Shown here piece after piece: positions 25,801 to 42,600 of a stretch of 64,000 nt of DNA. Within the stretch, counting starts at the first letter, position 1, and each line of letters starts with the position of its first letter. The notes below the pieces were generated by a model that saw nothing but the letters and a program-made list of their open reading frames with translations, ran no database searches and was not told the origin of the DNA. Source of the DNA: Tubiluchus corallicola. Lineage: Eukaryota; Animalia; Priapulida. The stretch spans positions 62,001 through 126,000 of the forward strand of contig JAQGDQ010000354.1 of assembly GCA_030141605.1 (NCBI GenBank), read 5' to 3'. Made by a program: the position numbers and the translations under genes.

Positions 25801-28800
25801 TTTAAAATGAAACGTCACTAAATGGGGAATCGCCTAGGAAGTACTTACTGTAGGGCACAATTTTTTATGAAAATGTATTGGTACATCTCGTGTCATTTGA
25901 GAAAATTTTGATCAGAAGTGCTTTTGAAACTTTGTACATATCAGTACATAATATGATGGCTTCGGACTGTTTGGTGTGTGAGAAGAAAATGTAATTTTGT
26001 GGTGATGTTGGTTTTTCTTTATTTCAGGTTGAATTTGCAACACCGATCGGCTACAAGGAACCAGAAAGAAATGAACAAAATAACCAAGAAGAAATGAATA
26101 GTGATGAAGTAATATAATTCATATGAATAAATAAAATTTATAGGGCTGTAACCTTACGCCTAAGCCATAATACGATACATTTCACAATACTGACCTCACA
26201 ATGTGATACATGTCACGATACTAACCTCGCAATGTGATACATGTCACGATACTAACCTCACAATACAGATCCGGAACCAGCAAAACTCGATCTGGTGTGG
26301 CCCCACTTTTCATTCAGATATTTTGCTTATTTGGCATCACGCCAAAAAGCCTCACACGGAAACGCGAAGAACCATTTTGACAGGGTCTGTTGTCTAACTT
26401 GTCTCTATGTTTCTGAGTGGCAGTTAGTAAAATTGTAATTGAAAATTTTTGTGGAAATGCATTACAAATGTTCAGTTTGTTAATACAGCTAGTCCTTCAG
26501 CTCAATACATGTCATATAGAAATGACATTGAATGTATGTTGGCATCATTCTGTCTCGGAAGACAATGGAGTGTGTACCAAGAGAGTCAGTTATTGATCAC
26601 ATTGATGGAGCTGCAGCGTCGACTGTGGCTGAGCAATCCGATCCTTGAACCACTGGAGTGGCCTCTCCAGGGCACACGCCTGGGCAAGGTGTATGGAGAT
26701 CCTCAGTTGCATAGACAACAGGAACCCCCCCTCTTCCTCGCTGGTATAGTCCAAAGGAAAGCGGAGTGATACATTTGGCACCAGGTTGGCTGCAGGAGCT
26801 GCCGGAGTCAGTGAGCATGCTGCACTGGTCCGCCTTCGGGGCTCCAATTTTATTGGCATTACAGCGCAAATAATTATTTCCTAATAGAGTATGAAAAAGC
26901 AAAATTCTAGCATGATTAGCATTCGGCAATATAATACAACACAAGATGACAGCTGTTTGACACTGTGGTTGCTGTCCTTCTAGTAGAAGTCAGTTCAATT
27001 CAAATCTGTTTTGTTTTAATATGCAGTCTAAATCATAGAAGTGGAGAATTTGTGATCAAGTTCAGTCGAATGCGCAGTTAATTTTGGTTACACAAGAGTT
27101 TAGACTGCAGCATTTTGCTTACTCGACCATAATGGTTTCTTGCTTATCAATTGTAGTTTTTTATAATGCTAGTTGGCCTCACACATTGTTCACTATGATT
27201 TAACTCCTTCAGGACCGTAACAATTTGCTGCATTTTGCCTGGGTTTGTGAAAAACTGCTCTCACTAAGCTGTGTTTAAGTTATATTTGATCGTTTTTGTA
27301 GGTTTCTACTCCTCACATAATGGATTTTTATGCAAAATTAAAAATCAAATGCAATTGCTTACTTTGAACTCTGTACAGCAGATGGTTTTTTCGGCTGTAG
27401 CAAGCAGGGGATTAATTAATAGTGTTTACGATCACGCAAGTGTACACCAGACTAAACTACGCAATAAGTTAAGTTGGAGTGCCTGAAAAGGGTTTGCTTT
27501 TCCTGATTTTATGCAATTTAATCACTTGTAATTGTTTAGAAAATAACATGATTGGATAGCCGACATTCTCCTGAATAGGACAGTACCTAGTTTGTAATCA
27601 TTAATTTACGTCTGTGCTCATGTGGTAGCAAAATTGTCACGGGTCTTGATTGATTTTGAATGGTGCGGTTCTGAAAGAGTTAAACAAATAAATAGAAAAA
27701 CCTTTCTACCCACCGATTTGATTTTACCTTAACAACCAAACATATTAAATGTTTGGCCTTACATTTCCTGGACGTTGCTTGTTGCTGGTATTATTAGTCT
27801 TATTTGTGTGGCTGTGTGGGTATAAGATACAAAAGATTGTACTGCGTTAATTTTGATTTTGAGCAAAATACGTAAATTTCATAAGATTGGCAGAAGTGAA
27901 CATTATCTCTTGAATAATGAGATATAAACCTTAGAGAAAAGTGATAGTTAACGACCTACATTTTTCTTACTTTCTGCTTACTGTCATTACAGGAGGATGT
28001 TGTCACAGACTGTGGCTCGGCTACATTTCTTCCGTTTGCTGGTGTTGGAGTTAGATTAGATGGAAAAGCAAAACGTATACCTGAATCTTCGTCAGACACC
28101 TCAACAGCTTCTCAGACGCAGGTGAAACGGTAGGTGTTGTCTCTTTTGAATGCAATGAATCTTATTACAAATAGCCAACCAGCAGATGCTGAGCAAAATA
28201 CAGTGAGTCCTCGCTTAATGACTCCCTGTTTAGCGACGTTTCGTTTTAAATTCATGATGTGCATTCAAGCTGCTCAAAGGATTGTTCAGCATTAGTGGGT
28301 CGCATAAAACATGCAGTAGTTACCACGAAACTGGAAACTAGGGAGAAACTTATGCTTGAAGGTTTAAACAAAATGAAATAATAATAATAATAATCTTTAT
28401 TTAAAGTCGGCTTTTGGATCAATAATTAACATTAGCTCAAAGAGCTATTATCGCCGACTGTAAATAACAAGCTACAACTACATAACAGAGACTGTATTAC
28501 CCCATTTTTACCCTAAATACCACGCGTCAGGCAGGGCAACAGCAGGTACCATTTTTAAAGTCTCTTGGTATGACCCGGCTGCTGGTTCGAACTCACGACC
28601 TCCCAGACGGAAAGCAGACGCATTACCGCTAGACTAAACCGTCTGCTCGAAATATTACATTGTAATGCCAAGTGAACTGCAACCTTATGTAAATCATTTA
28701 GTTACTGACTTACTGTATCAGCATAACAATCTATGGTTACTTTGTTATGTTTAATACAACACAAATGAAATACAATTGTGATGACAATGAAATAATGAAT

Positions 28801-30777
28801 GCTTGTGAAACTAATAAACTGTAAGTAGCCTTGCAGGGTACAGATGTACTCTCCACCTGTTTCTAAGAATGAAAATCATTTGAACTAAATGCGTCATGGT
28901 TTTCTATGATTTGCAAGATGCATACAAGATAATTCTCAGACCAAATTGAAAATTATTTTTTATGCCACACTTTACAGAGGCCATTAAATCCTTTTTCACT
29001 GTTTTTGTATGATTGTGTTATACACTAGTAATAGTTAGGCCCTATTTCAAGGGGGGAGTGGGGATAATTGCCCCCGGGCCCTCACCCTCCAGGGGGGCCT
29101 CGCTCCGAGGTAACTTTTTTTACTTTATGCGAACATACTGCCTCTTCTCTCCCTCTCTCTCTCTCTTGCCGTACGCGCGCCGTTTGCCTTGTGTGGCTCG
29201 GTGCCGATGTTCAGCTATTTTGAATTTCGGAATTTTTAACACCGGCTTGTACGGAAGTGAGAGTACGGTTTTCATATTGCAAAGATGTTGTTTTTGATTT
29301 GACTATTTGACAAGTATTAAGGACTGGTCTTGAGAATAAAGCAGTTTTTCTTTCAATTATTCTTTCCTTTAACAACTGTATAACTCCATATTTTCTCTTC
29401 GAAAATGCTTCTCCGGCATTCTAGCAGTTCAAAAATTTTCCCCAGGTCTCGCTTAGGCTGAAATAGGCCCTGCCAATGACATAAACTAGCTAAACTATCA
29501 TGCAATTAAAACTATTTCACCGTAGTATGCGATTATATAGCTATAATTATAATTATAATATATAAGTTATTTAATATTTTATAGGGGTATTCCTAACTAT
29601 AACTACAAGAGGAATAAACTAACATTCATACACGTAAACAAGCCAGTAAATTCTAATGATAAGGTAGGTTTATTTTTATAATGAGATACATTTGTTTATT
29701 TTATCACTATAATTAACTTACGTTACCCTTTGCTGTTAAATATACTTTGAAGAAAGACTTTTTAAATTGAATTAAATGTAGAGCCCAAATGAAAGTTTAG
29801 CTTTTTTCAGTGTCGGCTCGCGTGTAGGTACTGTGGAACTGCAGCATCCCCTACTTTCACTCATTATTATTGATAATGTTCAATATAAGTCTGTTTTCTT
29901 AAGTTCTTTCTTAATACTTGTACGGAACCAGAGCACGTGAGGGGGGGTAGTACTGTTTGCTTCACAGCCCAGCACATGTGCGCTCCAGCAACGCGGTTGT
30001 GGGCATACGACCATGTGCACATGTCTGAGCCCAGGTATGGAAAGTACTGTCTCACACAGTTTGTCGTCAGTTTTCATGCGCTTATCGTGAATGGATCAAG
30101 CTTAAACTGTGCCAATTTAAGCTATTGCTAAGCAAAAAATATTTTTTGTTTAGGACTTTATCAAGTTTATGTATAAACTTTCATATGTTTGTTTGTTAAA
30201 AATCACAATTACAAATCACAATATTAAAATTCCATGTTTGTTTCGTTTTACACAGTAATAAAACAAAGGCTAAAAATTTTCTGAAGCAGAATACCCAGTA
30301 ATTTCAGCGACGACCTGCCATGGTTTTCTTTTTTTTTGATTAACTATACCACATAAAACCACGAATCTTGTTACCTAGTCAAATTGACATACTTTTTCTA
30401 TTATCTTCCATGGGAGCAAACGATATGAGCGATGGCTGCAGTTCTGGAAACATTTGCAAAATTAGATTAGCAATATTTTGATTATACGTATTTTAAAAGA
30501 GACATGAAAGTGTTAGAACTGGTACTATTTCGATAACATTGGCTGCGAGGCGTTGTCAAGTGTACACAAATGCATTGTGTGGTGCACTTAACCTTTGACT
30601 TTTTCACGATCATCATCAATCGCTGGAACTGTGAAAAGCCTTATTATATTTTGAAATAGTTCGATAGCCTCTTATGACAGCTTCAACCTTCTTTGCATTT
30701 TACAGGCATCCACAGATGATTTTCAAGCTTTTTCCGGAGCAGGCCAAACTTTACGGCAGCACAAGTCACGGAAATAG
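16802..30777 (+). CDS. UFD1: Ubiquitin recognition factor UFD1 (p97/VCP cofactor); exons 16802-16804 (ATG only), 17235-17349, 19599-19631, 20885-21006, 21775-21905, 22608-22680, 24464-24532, 26028-26108, 27993-28129, 29585-29663, 30706-30777
   Basis: Spliced translation [111 protein letters not shown]; SHP-like boxes [11 protein letters not shown] and FSGAGQTL; all phases compatible; ATG-only first exon is the least certain. Confidence 0.95.
17456..18126. mobile_element. Mutator-like MITE in UFD1 intron 2
   Basis: About 34-bp TIR GGCGCTACTACACTTTCGCACCGCCTAGCTTTTC; perfect 9-bp TSD GACATAAGG (17447-17455 / 18127-18135). Confidence 0.88.
18270..18724. mobile_element. Tc1/mariner-type MITE
   Basis: Perfect TIR CCGTATTTTCCCGTGTATAAGAGACCC; TA on both sides. 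Confidence 0.88.
21135..21410. repeat. Degenerate approximately 60-65-bp tandem repeat
   Basis: CATATTTCAAGTTTTGCACA.. recurs 4-5 times; related sequence near 63190-63300. Confidence 0.7.
21535..21680 (-). mobile_element. Penelope-like GIY-YIG endonuclease fragment
   Basis: [40 protein letters not shown] resembles the Penelope GIY-YIG pattern. Confidence 0.7.
21906..22607 (+). other. U12-type (minor spliceosome) GT-AG intron of UFD1
   Basis: 5' site GTATCCTTT at 21906; branch TTCTTAAC at 22591-22598, close to the AG at 22606-22607, with no polypyrimidine tract. Confidence 0.92.
22027..22509. mobile_element. hAT-like MITE inside the U12 intron
   Basis: TIR CAAGGGTGTGCAAATT / AATTTGCACACCCCTG; partial TSD ctttacgg/ctttagct. 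Confidence 0.7.
23242..24240 (+). mobile_element. DNA transposon remnant (CAGGGATGAGAAT-terminus family) with a transposase N-terminal fragment at 23790-24074
   Basis: Ends shared with 55226-55741; peptide [25 protein letters not shown] looks like a transposase zinc-finger region (inference). Confidence 0.55.
24990..25630. mobile_element. Interspersed repeat; inverted copy at about 42200-42700 plus 43130-43290 (interrupted)
   Basis: Long reverse-complement similarity, e.g. TGCCGGAATGGGCATT / AATGCCCATTCCGGCA. Confidence 0.7.
26539..26846 (-). mobile_element. 5'-truncated copy of the same 5S SINE (body only)
   Basis: Collinear with 6635-6941; shares the 3' end and lacks the 5S head, typical of TPRT truncation. 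Confidence 0.85.
27200..27683. mobile_element. TTAA-flanked piggyBac-type MITE, family P
   Basis: TTAA-CTCCTTCAGGACCG ... CGGTTCTGAAAGAG-TTAA. Confidence 0.8.
28378..28648 (-). mobile_element. tRNA-derived SINE, near full length, Meta-like core, (TTA)n tail
   Basis: Minus strand: TAGTCTAGCGG A box, GTTCGAACC B box, GGGTCATACCAAGAGACTTTAAAAATGGTACC core, AATAAAG(ATT)n end. Confidence 0.75.
29808..30322. mobile_element. MITE family A copy
   Basis: Collinear with 1711-2247. Confidence 0.8.
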
Positions 30778-32169
30778 TTTAATACTTCTATAGTTTTTGT
30801 GTTCATTTTGTAATTACACCTTCCTTTGAATTTTGTCTATTTCACTGTTCAGGTGAAAAAAGCACAAGGTAGTACAGCAAACCGTGAGGTACTAACTCAC
30901 ATTCTCTGTAAGTTTCCCTTGATATTTTTTATTGTGTAACTGATAATCTGATATGAAATTTTTTACTATTGTTATGCAAGCTCTATTGAAATGATGACTG
31001 CTTATTAGTGAAATTCATCTTCGTTGCCTGAAAGGTTTTATGAAGTTTCTGACAGAGTACAATAAATTATTATTAAGTAAGCAAACGTCTTGATGTTCGT
31101 GTGATTCAGTTTTGCCAACTCGGCAAACTCTAAAAATTTGTATGCACAAAACAGACATCAAATGTGAAGTTGTCAATTTATTCAGCCAGTGTGTAGTTAC
31201 ATTCAATCCTAATTTTTTCTCAACTTCCAAACTCCTTTGCTTTTTGTTTTCACAACCTGACGATACACACAAATAATGAGCACGAAGGTAAAAAAAACAT
31301 TTTCATACAGTATTTGTATTCCAAAAACGATTAGATTTTCAAAACTTCAAAGTTATTTAGACCGACAAAAATCTACAATCTATCTGACTAATTTACAAAG
31401 TAGTACAACTACGCTTTTGCTTCATTAGTTTCACAAGGCTCTATCAGGATTTTTACACAGACAACATGAAATTTTAACAGACAGTGAAATTAAATAACAT
31501 CATCTTTTAAAAATTTAAAAACACAGAAGTGGCACATGACACAGTCCAATCTGGAGCCACGTATGTTGCTATAAAATTGGAAGAGGATCAACTATCTACC
31601 TAAATACATTAAGTTTCACACAAAATAAACAGTTACTAGTTTAAATTTAAACTACAATGCAAGATTTTTAATTAAGTTACATCATTCACAATTAAACCTA
31701 AGCGTGTTGCGACCAGAAAATTTGAACATTTCGAAACTAACAAATGCCTTGCTGCAAGCATATGCTGCTCCAGAAAATGTTGCTCGTTTTATAGTAATGA
31801 ACAATAATTCATAATTATTTAAAAATTCCATTGTGCTAGTTCCAGTTCACTAGTGTTTCTCGGTTTAATATCTTGCTTTAAATTGTAGTGTTTGGTCACA
31901 AAACAGCCAGTACATAATGCGGGTGGAAACAAAGATAACCACAGATAACATTATTATAATGAATAAGAATTACTTTACAACACAACTAAGAGACAACGGT
32001 CTACGACAGACACAAATAAATTAACAAAAAATGTAAGTAAAAGTAGAAGCTAAAGGCAAACAGATTTTTTTATAATTACAACAACATCAAAAAACTTTAT
32101 CGTTTGCCAATAAGATAAGCCAAATGGAAGAATGCACCTACACCTATCCTAGTAAAGTTCAGTGTACAA

Positions 32170-35805
<3,636 letters not shown>

Positions 35806-36586
35806 TTATTTTTCAAGATTTTTCTTCAGACATTTAGAACAAAAAGCAAACATGGAGAAACCGCCATCGATCGTTAACATCAATAGTAGAAATCTTACAT
35901 GTGAAATCTTCCACGTTTTGCGTGAAGGTTTCTACGATCTGTAATCAACAATGATGAAGAGCTGTTGGAAACCGAGTAAACCACTAGCCCAAGTAGGACA
36001 CTAGAAACAGGTCGCGAATTGAGTTGATAAGCGTCTGGCACCGTCCGTCGTCCTTGTTTATGGAATAATAATAACTAAAAACTGGAAGAATTTATTATAC
36101 AACTGATAAAATAAATGAATTTTATTCTGCGCTAGTATAATTTTGCCAATATTAATCTTCTTTGAAGTAAAATAAGCGCACTTTTTAGGCGATTCCAACA
36201 TTTGCTTAAGGTATATCATTTTTTATTTTGTCTTGCTTCACAGCTATGTGATCCTTTTCACTCCCTCTTATACAAATAATTGTTTTCTACTAAGTAAACG
36301 GGTTAGCGAGTTACGTGCCCTACATAGTTTTTCTCTATAAAGCATTAGATACTTAGTTTAATGTCATGATGATAATTACTAATGGAGCTAATTATAATAT
36401 GATATTGTTGTAAAAAATACATTTGTGAATTGTCAAGGACTATCCATCATTATTATAAAGTTACTTTTTTCTAAAACAAATTTAGTTTTATGTTTTATTA
36501 TGTCATTCTCGACAGAAATCGCTAGTGCCCTACTTGGGCTGCCACGTACGACACTGCTTTTCCGCAAATTAAGCACATGCGTTTTA

Positions 36587-36595
36587 CCGGAAGTG
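36587..36595 (+). promoter_or_regulatory. ETS/GABP-type motif CCGGAAGTG in the SMC3/FBXO21 divergent intergenic region
   Basis: Exact motif about 100 bp upstream of the FBXO21 ATG; function inferred only. Confidence 0.4.
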
Positions 36596-36695
36596 TCCTA
36601 CTTCGGCTAGTGGATTACTCGGCGCCCTACAGAGCCTCTTGTTCATGTCTATTGCGTTGTTGCAATTATTCTAATCTCTTACTGCATTAAAGTTA

Positions 36696-39600
36696 ATGGA
36701 TAATTTTACAACACAGTTAAAAAAATATAGTGACTGCTGCCATTTGTACTTACTACCAAACGAAGTGCTTACAATTATTTTTGGAAGCCCTATTTTGAAT
36801 TATGTAGATCTGTGCAACTTGTCTTGTTGCTCTCGTAAACTTCGTGTTGTTTGTGGTAGTGCTGATCTTTGGCGAAACAAATTTCAGCAGAGGTATCAAT
36901 TTTGGTAGTTTGTTAGAAAATTTTTGTAAAATTACTTTTGATATTATTACATAATAACGCCACCTGTGCTCATAAATTGTTTCCCGATACCATTGAATTG
37001 CATTTCCTGAATTGCTTCAAAATACAAGGTAAAGTTTCTAACTTAACCAGTCCAAACTATCCTATCAACTCTGGTAATCAAGCGTCTAGTGTTGGGAGAA
37101 TTGATAAGTTCGGTTCAGTTACCGGCCTCAAACAGCACTCGCCACCATTTGAAATACCCCTTACCTACCTGGAGAACAGAGAGATCTAAGAACAGGTTTA
37201 CCTCATATGGTTTATTTAATATCCAAACTTGAGTTTTGACTCATTTTAATTTCAATTTATTTCATTCATGTATCTTGTAACAGTGTAATAGTCCTTGTAA
37301 CTGTATGTTCTATCTTGCTTATTCTTTTTAAAAACTTTTATATTTTGTAATTTTATCCTGTACTGTAATTCAACCTTTTGGTTGTAATGATGATAAATAA
37401 ACTTATTACAATGACTTTAAATTTAAAACTTTTAGTCTGGTGTGGTATAGAACACGAGGCATGCTAAATTTGCCGTAGATTTTTTATAACTGTTTTGCTT
37501 TAGATGGAAATGTGCATTTTTTCTTATGGACAGCAAGCGAACCACAAACTGGAAAGAAAAATACCGAGAATTTCATGAACTATGTAGCACACTTCATGCC
37601 ATGGTGGATGCGCTGTCGCCGCAAAATTATCGAAAGGAAGAGGTGTCTCAAACTGGATTCAATGATTTACTGGGGTTATTAGAAAAAAGTGACGCTATGG
37701 CAGCAGTTGTAGAAGAGGAACTTAGAAGTATTTTTCACCTGAAGAGGGATGGTGAATTGTAAGTTTATTTTGAATATATGATACATTTGATATGATGAGA
37801 TATGTCTTTTGGCTTGGAGCAGAGATGATCTTTTCTGTGTTTCTTGTAATGTATTTACAGTTATAGTGTAATTTTAAAACGTGTAGACACATTTGTAATT
37901 TTAAAATCCTAGGCATGTGTGGATGCAGATTGTTATGAAAGGGTGTTGCAAAAAACAGCTAGAGGGTTTGTTACAGCGCTGTAAGTTCACACACTTGGGA
38001 CAGGGATTTACAGATTTTCTTGCAGAATTCGATGCATTTCCTTCATTTTAGTCAGTTGTATTTTGCAGTTTGATTCAGTTCCCTATTTGAAAGTTTATTT
38101 AAATTTCTGTTTGGCTAGCTTACTTTTCACTTCATTAATTTGTTTTTTATTATTTTTTATTTAATATTATTGTTATTATTTTGCATGTTTTTCTCATTTT
38201 GAGTTATACATGGACGATATGACAGCTTGAATTTTGATCATTTTTATATTCATTTGTACCACAGTATTTGGCTTTTACTTACCATTGCTTTTTCTTCATC
38301 ATTTTCCTGTATGTTTAGATATTTTTTATTGCATTTTCATCCTTCAGTTATTTAAAGTTGATTAGTGAATTTTAAACAGATCAAGTTGCTAAGTAAAATA
38401 GTAATTATGTAATTTCACTACTATTCATGAGTGGAATAGCTACATTGTCATCCCAATAATCACATACATCCATTGAAGGATGGCTTGACTAGTTGACCTT
38501 CTTGGTCTTTCACCATCCTATTTCCATTGTGATAATTAAATACATTTACTTGCCTCAGTTATATCATGAATATGGAAATAAATGCACGTTTTGAATTTGA
38601 ATTGAATTGAATTTGAAAAATTAATGAATCTTAAAAATGGATAAAATTTTGGATTAAAAATAAACTAGAGCTGGGCTTACATTTATTTTTTGACGTTTCA
38701 CCAGACTTAAAATAGTTAAAAAATTGATTATGATGTAGGGATAATAGCATCCCATCTTCCCCTCCCCCCCCCAAATCTGCCATTGCTAACGTAATTTAAT
38801 ATCACGTATTAACATGTTTATTTTAGGCTCTGGTTTCAAAATCTTCACAATTTGACAAAGAAATATTATGGTGATAAAGCGCTTCGCTTTGTGTGTCATC
38901 ATCGTCTCAGAAAAACTTGGACAAACTACCTCAGTCGTCATCCCGTAGAACAGAGTCTAGGAGAAGGTTTGCTTTATTTGTTGCTTGGCCATTTGCAAGT
39001 TAACCGTATTGCGGATTATCCGTACGCCATTTTAATTATCCGTGTAGTGCCATCTAGTGTGTGAATTTGCTATGATAATGTCATGCCTGCTGTCTGTGTT
39101 CCGTATTAAAGAACGGGCAATGAATTGAAATTTGCAGCAGTTTATGAAATGCGTGCTTGCAAACCAAAACCGTCCGGCATAGTCAAAACTACGTTATGAT
39201 GTTGCAAAGTAGGATGCAACAAACATTTTCGTAAATTTTTTGTTTTTTATAAAAACAAACGTTAAATATATTGGACTTTTATATCCTAGCATCAAATTAT
39301 CAAGAAAATGTTAAAAAAATACTAAAAATCTAATTCTATAACCCCGTGCCCACTTTTCTGGCTAGAAACTAGTACTGTAATTGTGAAAAAGCTCGTATTT
39401 TCAAACTCCGGTAGAAGCTCGTGGAAGAAATAATTTCGCTTTGGGTTTTTTCTGGCTTTCGGGGTTGCCAAGCCCAGATCTTCGTTAGAAAGAGCCAACT
39501 ACTGGATTTAAGCATAACTTCAATGTGTTCTTGCAAAATCCATTGCAAAATCCATAGCAACCAACATTTGTGAAGTTGCTAAGTGTTTTGTAGAAACACG

Positions 39601-42600
39601 GCAAAAAACAATGCCTAACTTTAACAGCGATTTTCTCAAGATTATGTTTTTCAGTGCGTAGCCTGCACCTCAACTTCAACGTGGATTATCTCAGCTTAGA
39701 AATAACATAGAGCAATTTGCTTTGTTTCAAAATGATCCTCAGGATATGTGAATGTCTAAAAAAACTTAATTGTCGACTTGTGGATGAATTTGCTATGCAA
39801 GTACACAAATAACCCTTGGAATTAGTCACAAAAGCATCTTATTTCTTCCTCATTATTACATCAATTATAAGCATTTTCAGCATAATTTTTCAAGTACTAT
39901 GCATTTTTACAACTTTGATTTGATTTTTCGATTTCGATTTAATATTTTATTTCAAACTTTACAAAGTCATATACACATCACAAATTAATACAAATAATAC
40001 AATGAATCATGACACACAACAATAGCCCAAATAACAATTAACGATATAACAAACTATGCCAATGATATCTAATTACAGAAGTAAAGTTTGCATCACTGTT
40101 TAAAATGTTCTTGCATATAAAATTTTCACTCTTATTCAGCCTGACGTGTAAACTGTATGCACATTTTCTGTGAATCACATTAAAATAAATAAGATTAAGT
40201 CTAGTAGAAATATATCTTGTGCTCATATCATATGAAAAGTTAAACAGCTTCCGTGTTGATTTTGCTAAGATTGTAAGAATAAAAATGTCTCCAAGTGGAC
40301 ATACAATAAAACGTAGTGCATTAAGCATTAAACAATTGTCTCTTCACGTTAATTGAACAGTGAGTAAATTTCATGAGTAATTTATTTGCTCTACCATAGT
40401 AAATTGAACATTGTCGTAATATATACTTTCACTAACTATTACTGTTGGACTGTCAATGTCAGATGGCTTTAACCATTCCTCACCTGCTATGCCAAACTCT
40501 GTTAGAAAATCTTTCAATTTCTTTTAATATTTTATTATATTGACTTAACCTGCAAATTTAATAATGATTGTTTCTATGCAGGTGCTGTACTGATTGCTGA
40601 ATGGTTTCAGCCAAAGTTTGATTTCAAGCAGATAGATGTCTCTGGTCAGCTAGATCGTTTAGCTGACAAGGTGCTGGAAGAATTAAAAAGACGATTTCCT
40701 CAACATCCCGCATGTGCCTGCAAGAAATTTTTCAGTCTTCCTAGTAAGATGACTTTGATTATCCCTGTGCACTTTGTGAAAGTCATGTATGAGGTTGTAG
40801 TTGAACACTTGGTAGAAAAAGAATGAACACTATATTACATATCTGCAAAAAAACTGAAAACGTTATTAGACTAAATACACATGAGTAAAATGAGGATCAC
40901 GACTGCTGCACTGCACTGAGAGTGTGAGTTAGACAGTGTGTAGCATGACTGCACTGCACTGAGAGCGTGACAGAGAGTGACTAGAAGTAGAATACAGTCA
41001 GTATATATAGGTAATTATGCAAACTTGGCTTCACAAATACCATTACAGTAAAATAGGGGGAGATCCAGTGAGTATGCATATTCACTCGACCGAACAATTA
41101 TACTAGGGGTGAGTTTAGCTAGAAAAATGTAAAGTGATTAGTCAATAGATGGCAGCACCTAAAAATATACAGTTTACAACTTCCACACGCTTGATTGTAA
41201 CCATAATCAGATAAAGAAGAACTTCAATGGTGGGCGTTCTTGCTCATTATTTATCCCAGATTAATGGAAGCTGTACCCAGCAGTGCTTGAGAGGCTGGAG
41301 CTTGACTCATTGCATTTCTGTATTGAGAGGCACTTGCCTTTGTCTCGCTGTGAAGCTCTTCGGATTTACTTAACTCTCACTCTGTAATGATTTGTAACTT
41401 CATTCCTATTGATAACTGGCATATCACAGCTAGGCAAACAACACCTAGTGACTTGATCAGCTCTGACGCCTGGCAGAAAAAATAACTTCACTGACTCAGA
41501 AAAAACTACACTCATATCTCATTTTGCCAAATAAAAGTGGGGAGACGTCGGTCCGAATTTGCCAATTGCCCGTCTTTACCGATACTAAGCTAATACAATA
41601 GACACCGTGTATTAGACTCACGGTAATGTAGAATTGTCTCAAAAACGTTTAGTATGGGCCACTCCTATGCAAAAGTATATAAAACTGTCGACATTTGACT
41701 CAAATAATTCCACACAATTCACTAAACCACTTACACATGCTAATTCAACCCCTTAAACACACTGACATACAAGCTACATACATGTCATTACATGCTGCTT
41801 GGATGTAAACAAAAAAGTAATGGCCCACCAACTAGCTTTCAGCTTGCGAAACAACGGACTGTGTCCGTAGTATGCGGGACTTTTTAATGGCCCGGACTTT
41901 GTCCGATTCTTCCGATATCTGTAAAAGCGAGGTCTAGCAAACCGAGACATGAGTGTAATGTAAAGTTTGTTTTCTAATCAAGCTGAAATCTAGTATTGAA
42001 AGGCAGGGTATAATACCAATGATGGATAGTTGTAGCCCGATCATCGCACTCTAGGTCATTATACCTTTGAATGCTACACATCCTCGTTCATTCACGCAAG
42101 TAGCCGGTGGCACAATGGTAGATAAAACCATTTTCCTGGTGGTTACTTGTTACCGCCATCCGTTCCCTAACCAGGCGCAGCGCTTCCCGAGATTACATAC
42201 GACTGCAAGTAGTGCAGTTACACACTTGCATTGTTTTTTTAACTTTCCCCTTGATGATGGCAGACAAAAAATTGCTCTGTTACCATAGCAACGCCAATTT
42301 TAGAATGCCCATTCCGGCAGTATGATGTTAGAACATGACAATAAACATGGCAGCTGCCTGTCACAAGCACTATGGCACTCTATTGCTCCAGCTAAGCTGT
42401 GGCTTGCTGCTGCATGACATTTTGCACAATTTTTTACAAATGTCATTAGCGCACAAAAAGTTTATGTCCAACATTTGGATAAATAACATATTCTGGTTAG
42501 ATGTTTCATTAGTTTTTTGAAGATGCTGGTTGTTTTTGTTTAAGCAGGCAAACAATGTAACTACTTGAGAAAAGTCTGCTAGTACGCCATGAAAAACAGT